Source: Candidatus Brocadiia bacterium (GTDB taxonomy: Bacteria; Planctomycetota; Brocadiia; CAIUPP01). From it: DNA of 21,140 nucleotides. A program made the position numbers and the translations under genes. The notes beneath the pieces are model-generated. The model saw only the letters and a list, made by a program, of their open reading frames with translations. It was not told the origin of the DNA and ran no database searches. Position 1 is the first letter of the stretch, and every line of letters starts with the position of its first letter. The stretch lies in the NCBI GenBank assembly GCA_050015075.1, contig JBEKCB010000049.1:1-21140 (forward strand), read 5' to 3'. Shown here piece after piece: positions 17,004 to 21,140 of the stretch.

Positions 17004-18107
17004 TCATGACAGGCTCGAGAGATAATCCTGGTAATCGAATCTGCGGACGACCTGGACCGATCCGTTCAACCGCCGGACCGCGATCGCCGGCATCGGCAGG
17101 CCGTTGAACCAGTTCTTCTTCACCATGGTGTAGCCGGCCGCATCAGCGATTCGCACGATGCTGCCGATTCGGAGTTTTCGATTGAACCGATAGGTGCCGA
17201 AGACGTCGCCGGCCAGGCACGATCGGCCCGCGATCATGTAGCGATGCCGTCCACGTCCGGTCCCTTCCATCTTCGCGCTCTGGCGGTAGAGGAGCAGGTC
17301 GAGCATGTGCGCCTCGGCCGAGGCGTCCACTACGGCGATGGAGATCTCGTTGTGCACGATGTCCAGCACCGTGGTCACCAGCGCCGCGGAACGCGTGACG
17401 GCCGCTTCGCCCGGCTCAAGGTAAAGCTGGACACGGAATCGCTCGGCGAATTCCCGCAGCTTCCGGCAGAACGCGTCGAGCGGGTAGCCCTCCATGGTGA
17501 AATACAGGCCGCCGCCGAGGCTGACCCATTCGAGCGTCCGGAGCAGCGGCCCATAGTCGCGGGCGATCCGGTCGAGCGCCCGGGAAAAATGCCCGAAATC
17601 GCCGTTCTCGCAGTTGTAATGGAACATGACTCCGTCGAGCCGCGGCGCGATCTTCAGCAGGGCGCGGCGGTCCCTTACGCCGAGGCGCGAGTATTTCCGC
17701 GCCGGGTCGGCAAGGTCGAAGTGGGAATAGCTGATTCCCGGATTCACGCGCAGGCCGACATTCAGCCCGCGGACCTCTTTCTCGAACCGCGCGAACTGCG
17801 AGATCGAATTGAAAATGACCTTGTCGGCGAACTTCCGCACTTGCCGAATCTCGGCTCGGTTCCAGCCGACGCTGTAGGCATGGACTTCCTTGCCGAACTT
17901 TTCGCGTCCCAGCCGCGCCTCGAGCAGCGAGCTGCTCGTGGTTCCGTCCATGTATTTCCGCATCAGGCCGAAGACGCTCCAGGTCGAGAAGCATTTCAGC
18001 GCGAGCACGGACTTCGCGCCGGAATGCCGGCGGACATACTCGATGGTCTTCAGGTTCCTGAGGAGCTTCCGCTCGTCAATCAGGTAATAAGGTGTCGTGA
18101 GGCGCAT
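17004..18107 (-). CDS. nspC: Carboxy(nor)spermidine decarboxylase
   Basis: 'TPYYLIDE', PLP lysine 'LALKCFS', 'GLRVNP', 'SRLG', 'SLGGG', 'LEPGEA', 'CLAGD', 'YTMVKKNWFNG'. ATG 18107; the longer ORF-track start overlaps gcvH. Confidence 0.93.
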   Translation of the reverse strand: MRLTTPYYLIDERKLLRNLKTIEYVRRHSGAKSVLALKCFSTWSVFGLMRKYMDGTTSSSLLEARLGREKFGKEVHAYSVGWNRAEIRQVRKFADKVIFNSISQFARFEKEVRGLNVGLRVNPGISYSHFDLADPARKYSRLGVRDRRALLKIAPRLDGVMFHYNCENGDFGHFSRALDRIARDYGPLLRTLEWVSLGGGLYFTMEGYPLDAFCRKLREFAERFRVQLYLEPGEAAVTRSAALVTTVLDIVHNEISIAVVDASAEAHMLDLLLYRQSAKMEGTGRGRHRYMIAGRSCLAGDVFGTYRFNRKLRIGSIVRIADAAGYTMVKKNWFNGLPMPAIAVRRLNGSVQVVRRFDYQDYLSSLS

Positions 18108-18153
18108 GGCCGATCCGAACTTCTCCGGGGATGAAAATGTCCGACAGCCTGTG

Positions 18154-18182
18154 AGTATACGGGCTTGCGGACGACCCGTCAA
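18154..18182 (-). promoter_or_regulatory. Putative sigma70 promoter of the nspC operon
   Basis: TTGACG (18182-18177), 17 bp, TATACT (18159-18154). Confidence 0.72.
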
Positions 18183-18193
18183 CGCCCATGACC

Positions 18194-18223
18194 TTGACTT
18201 GGCGCGCCGGACGCTGATAGGAT
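18194..18223 (+). promoter_or_regulatory. Putative sigma70 promoter of the gcvH-like operon
   Basis: TTGACT (18194-18199), 18 bp, TG-A-TAGGAT (18218-18223). Confidence 0.6.
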
Positions 18224-18269
18224 GCCCAATCGCCTCCGATTGGCCTCGAAGAACAGGGAGAGGAGCCAC

Positions 18270-18656
18270 ATGGTCCCAGAGCAGTTGCGCTATACACCGA
18301 CACACGAGTGGTGCCGCATGGACGGCCAGACCGTCGTCATCGGCGTGACCGATCACGGCGTGGCGCCGGTCGGGAACGTCATTTACGTCGAACTCCCCGA
18401 AGCGGGCGACGACGTGCTGCACGAGGTGCCGTTCGGCGAGATTGAAGGCACGCGCAACGTGAAGGACCTGGTCTCGCCGTTCGACGGCGTGGTCGAAGCC
18501 GTCAACAGCGCCGTAGTGCTGAAGCCCGAGGTGCTGATGAAAGAGCCTTACGAAAGCTGGCTGATCCGGCTCAAGCCGGATTCGCCCGCTTCGTTCGAGA
18601 ACCTGCTCTCCGCAGCCGACTACGAGGACCACCTGCGCAAGAGAAGGAGCAAGTGA
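18270..18656 (+). CDS. gcvH: Glycine cleavage system H protein-like, lacking the canonical lipoyl lysine
   Basis: 'LRYTPTHEW', 'IGVTD', 'YVELP', 'SPFDGVVEAVN', 'PYESWLIRL'. SD GGAGAGGAG before ATG 18270. Confidence 0.85.
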   Translation: MVPEQLRYTPTHEWCRMDGQTVVIGVTDHGVAPVGNVIYVELPEAGDDVLHEVPFGEIEGTRNVKDLVSPFDGVVEAVNSAVVLKPEVLMKEPYESWLIRLKPDSPASFENLLSAADYEDHLRKRRSK

Positions 18657-18666
18657 GCGCCGGAAT

Positions 18667-19548
18667 ATGGCCAAGCCGAAAATCGCGATCATCGGTCCCG
18701 GCGTCGTCGGCCGGTCCATCGGGCGCTTGCTGCGCGAGCGGCGGTTCCCAATCGCGGCGGTCGCGGGACCGTCGCCGAACCACGTGCGCGCCGCGCTGGA
18801 CTTTATCGGAGCGGGTCATGCGGCGCGTTCGCCGGCGGTCGCGGCGCGTTCGGGCGACGTGGTCTTTCTCACCGTGCCCGACCGGATGATCCGGCCGGTC
18901 TGCGAGGAGATTGCCGCGGCGAAAGGATTCAAGCGCGGCGCGGTGGTCATTCACTGCGCCGGCGTACACGACGCGTCGGTCCTCGCGGCGGCGCGCGAGC
19001 GGAAGGCCCTGGTCGCCGCGCTTCATCCGCTGCAGAGCTTTGCCACGCCCGAGGGCGCGGTGAAGGCGATGAAGGGGACCTGCTTCACGTTCGACGGCGA
19101 TGAGGCGGCCGCGCCGGTCGCGGAGAAAATCGTCGAGGCGCTCGGCGGCCGAATGGTCCGCGTCCGCCCCGAAGGCCGCGCGCTTTACCATGCCGCCTCG
19201 TGCGTGCTCTCGAATTACCTCGTCGCGGTCGCGGACCTGGGAACTATCATGCTGGTCCTGTCGGGCATGGACAAGGCCGAGGCCGCGCGTGCGGCTCAGC
19301 CGCTGCTGGCCGGCACGGTCGGGAATATCGGAAGAGTCGGCGTGCCGGCCGCGCTGACCGGGCCGATCTCGCGCGGCGACGTGGAGACGGTCACGCGGCA
19401 CCTCGTTGCGCTGAGCCGGTTGCCGCGGGAAATCCGGCGGCTTTACTGCTCGCTCGGACTGTATACCGTCCGCGTCGCGCAGCGAAAGGGCACGCTCAAC
19501 CAGGGCGACGCTCGGAGCCTCGTACGGCTGTTGATGGAAGCCAATTAA
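18667..19548 (+). CDS. Rossmann-like + DUF2520 domain oxidoreductase (PanG-like)
   Basis: 'IIGPGVVG', 'LTVPD', 'HCAG', 'LHPLQSF', 'LYHAA', 'ALTGPISRGD'. Confidence 0.85.
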   Translation: MAKPKIAIIGPGVVGRSIGRLLRERRFPIAAVAGPSPNHVRAALDFIGAGHAARSPAVAARSGDVVFLTVPDRMIRPVCEEIAAAKGFKRGAVVIHCAGVHDASVLAAARERKALVAALHPLQSFATPEGAVKAMKGTCFTFDGDEAAAPVAEKIVEALGGRMVRVRPEGRALYHAASCVLSNYLVAVADLGTIMLVLSGMDKAEAARAAQPLLAGTVGNIGRVGVPAALTGPISRGDVETVTRHLVALSRLPREIRRLYCSLGLYTVRVAQRKGTLNQGDARSLVRLLMEAN

Positions 19549-19563
19549 TTCGGGAGGTCAAGG

Positions 19564-20817
19564 ATGTACTCATCGCACATCGCGCGCGTCGAGGAACTCG
19601 TCAAGGAACAGGAAGACTGGCGCAGCCAGTGCGTCAATCTCATCGCCAGCGAACAGGTCATGAGCCGCCGCGCGCGCAGCGTGATGGGCTCCGACTTCTG
19701 CCATCGCTACGCCGAAGGGCATCCCGGCGAACGCTATTACCAGGGCACCGACAAAATTGACACCATCGAGAGCGACGTGAAGCGCTACCTCAAGACGCTC
19801 TTCGGCTGCCTCCACACCGAAGTCCGCCCGATCTCCGGCACGAACGCCAACGAGGCCGTCTTCAGCCGGTACATCAAGCCCGGCGACATCGTCATGGTCA
19901 ACTCGACTCCCGGCGGCGGCCACATCAGTCACCAGCGCGCCGGGACCGTGGGCAAGTACACCAAGAACGTCATTTCGTTCCCGCGCACCAAGGACGGCTA
20001 CCACATTGATGTCGGCAGGACGCGCAGCCTCATCCGCGCGGTGAAGCCGAGCCTGGTGATCTTCGGCAAGAGCCTGTTCCTGTTCCCCGAGCCGGTGCAG
20101 GATCTCTTCGAAGTCTGCGGCAAGGTCGGCGCCAGGGTGGTCTACGACGGCGCGCACGTCCTGGGCCTGATCGCGGGCAAGCAGTTCCAGAATCCGCTGC
20201 GCGAGGGGGCCGACCTCATCTGCGCGAGCACGCACAAGACTTTCCCCGGCCCGCAGCGCGGGCTGGTGCTGAGCAACATGGACTGGGAAGAGTGGCGGCG
20301 GATTGACAAGGGCGCCTTCCCGGGATCGAGCAGCAACCACCACCTCGACACGCTGCCGCCGCTGCTGATCAGCACGTTCGAGATGCTGGCCTTCGGCGAG
20401 GCCTACGCGACGCAGGTGATCGCGAACGCCAAGGCGCTCGGCGGGTTCCTCGCGGCCAAGGGGCTCGAAGTGCAGGCGAAGGAATTCGGCTTCACGCAGA
20501 GCCACCAGATCGCGCTCGACGTCTCGCGTTACGGCGGCGGCGGCGCGGTCAGCTCGCTCCTGAAGGAGAACTACATCATCCTGAACATGAACCTGCTGCC
20601 GTTTGAGTCGCTCGCGCACCACGACAACCCCGCCGGCATCCGGATCGGGACGCAGGAGATGACGCGCGTCGGCATGAAGGAGCCGGAGATGGAGCAGATC
20701 GCCCAACTCATGTGCGACTGCCTCGTGAAGGGCAAAAAAGTCGGCGACGAAGTCCGGAAGCTCCGCAGCAAGTTCCAGAAGGTGTGCTACAGCTTCGACG
20801 ACGCGGCGGGTTCGTGA
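19564..20817 (+). CDS. glyA: Serine hydroxymethyltransferase
   Basis: 'NLIASE', 'YAEGHPGERYYQG', 'GGHISH', PLP motif 'STHKTFPGPQRG', 'GIRIGTQEMTRVGM'. Confidence 0.93.
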   Translation: MYSSHIARVEELVKEQEDWRSQCVNLIASEQVMSRRARSVMGSDFCHRYAEGHPGERYYQGTDKIDTIESDVKRYLKTLFGCLHTEVRPISGTNANEAVFSRYIKPGDIVMVNSTPGGGHISHQRAGTVGKYTKNVISFPRTKDGYHIDVGRTRSLIRAVKPSLVIFGKSLFLFPEPVQDLFEVCGKVGARVVYDGAHVLGLIAGKQFQNPLREGADLICASTHKTFPGPQRGLVLSNMDWEEWRRIDKGAFPGSSSNHHLDTLPPLLISTFEMLAFGEAYATQVIANAKALGGFLAAKGLEVQAKEFGFTQSHQIALDVSRYGGGGAVSSLLKENYIILNMNLLPFESLAHHDNPAGIRIGTQEMTRVGMKEPEMEQIAQLMCDCLVKGKKVGDEVRKLRSKFQKVCYSFDDAAGS

Positions 20818-20829
20818 ATTATTAGAGTC

Positions 20830-21009
20830 ATGACCGCGAAACAAATGCTGATTCAGACGGTCAAGAAGCTGCCTCAGAATGCTTCGATCGAAGACGCCAT
20901 GGAGAGTTTTCTCTTCCTGGCGAAAATCGAGAAAGGCATCGGGCAGGCGGACGCCGGCAAGACATTCTCACACCGACGGCTCAAGGCGAAGATGAGCAGA
21001 CGCTCGTGA
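20830..21009 (+). CDS. Small antitoxin-like protein (59 aa, below the ORF-track cutoff)
   Basis: MTAKQMLIQTVKKLPQNASIEDAMESFLFLAKIEKGIGQADAGKTFSHRRLKAKMSRRS. The 'LP..ASIED....KIEKG..QADAG...H' pattern resembles antitoxins usually paired with RelE/ParE toxins. Confidence 0.65.
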   Translation: MTAKQMLIQTVKKLPQNASIEDAMESFLFLAKIEKGIGQADAGKTFSHRRLKAKMSRRS

Positions 21010-21140
21010 TTGCCGTCATGCTGCTATGAGGCCATTCCTCAAGTGAGACGTTCGGAGAACCTGTGAAATCGAGTTCCGGCTGCTATTCGTGCTCTAAGGC
21101 ACCCGTTCTGGTATCCGACGTATTCGCATCGGAGCGCCGC

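Noticed and set aside
18108-18719. Apparent 204-aa N-terminal extension of NspC
   Set aside because: It is the antisense of gcvH plus the promoter region; the family N-terminus starts at 18107, downstream of a good promoter.

Overview
GC-rich bacterial DNA with four blocks. (1) 123-8733 (-): a glycan biosynthesis operon (gmd, fcl, MurJ-like flippase, FkbM methyltransferase, CgeB-like GT, SAM methyltransferase, GT2, GT4). (2) 8886-13964: a polyprenol-phosphate-sugar synthase-like GT2 and a DUF2304 gene (+), converging on two tandem TMTC-like membrane glycosyltransferase/TPR genes (-). (3) 14076-18107 (-): a polyamine cluster. It holds carboxy(nor)spermidine decarboxylase and dehydrogenase, a GxxExxY nuclease-family gene bracketed by 42-bp inverted repeats, and an atypical SpeD-family decarboxylase behind a ~460-nt structured leader with its own promoter. 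(4) 18270-21009 (+): a GcvH-like protein lacking the lipoyl lysine, a DUF2520/PanG-like reductase, an archaeal-like glyA and a small antitoxin-like ORF with no visible toxin. The most interesting signals are the inverted-repeat-bounded GxxExxY cassette, the long leader of the speD-like gene, that gene's possible change of function, and the K-to-R GcvH. All family calls come from motif recognition by eye; no database search was run.
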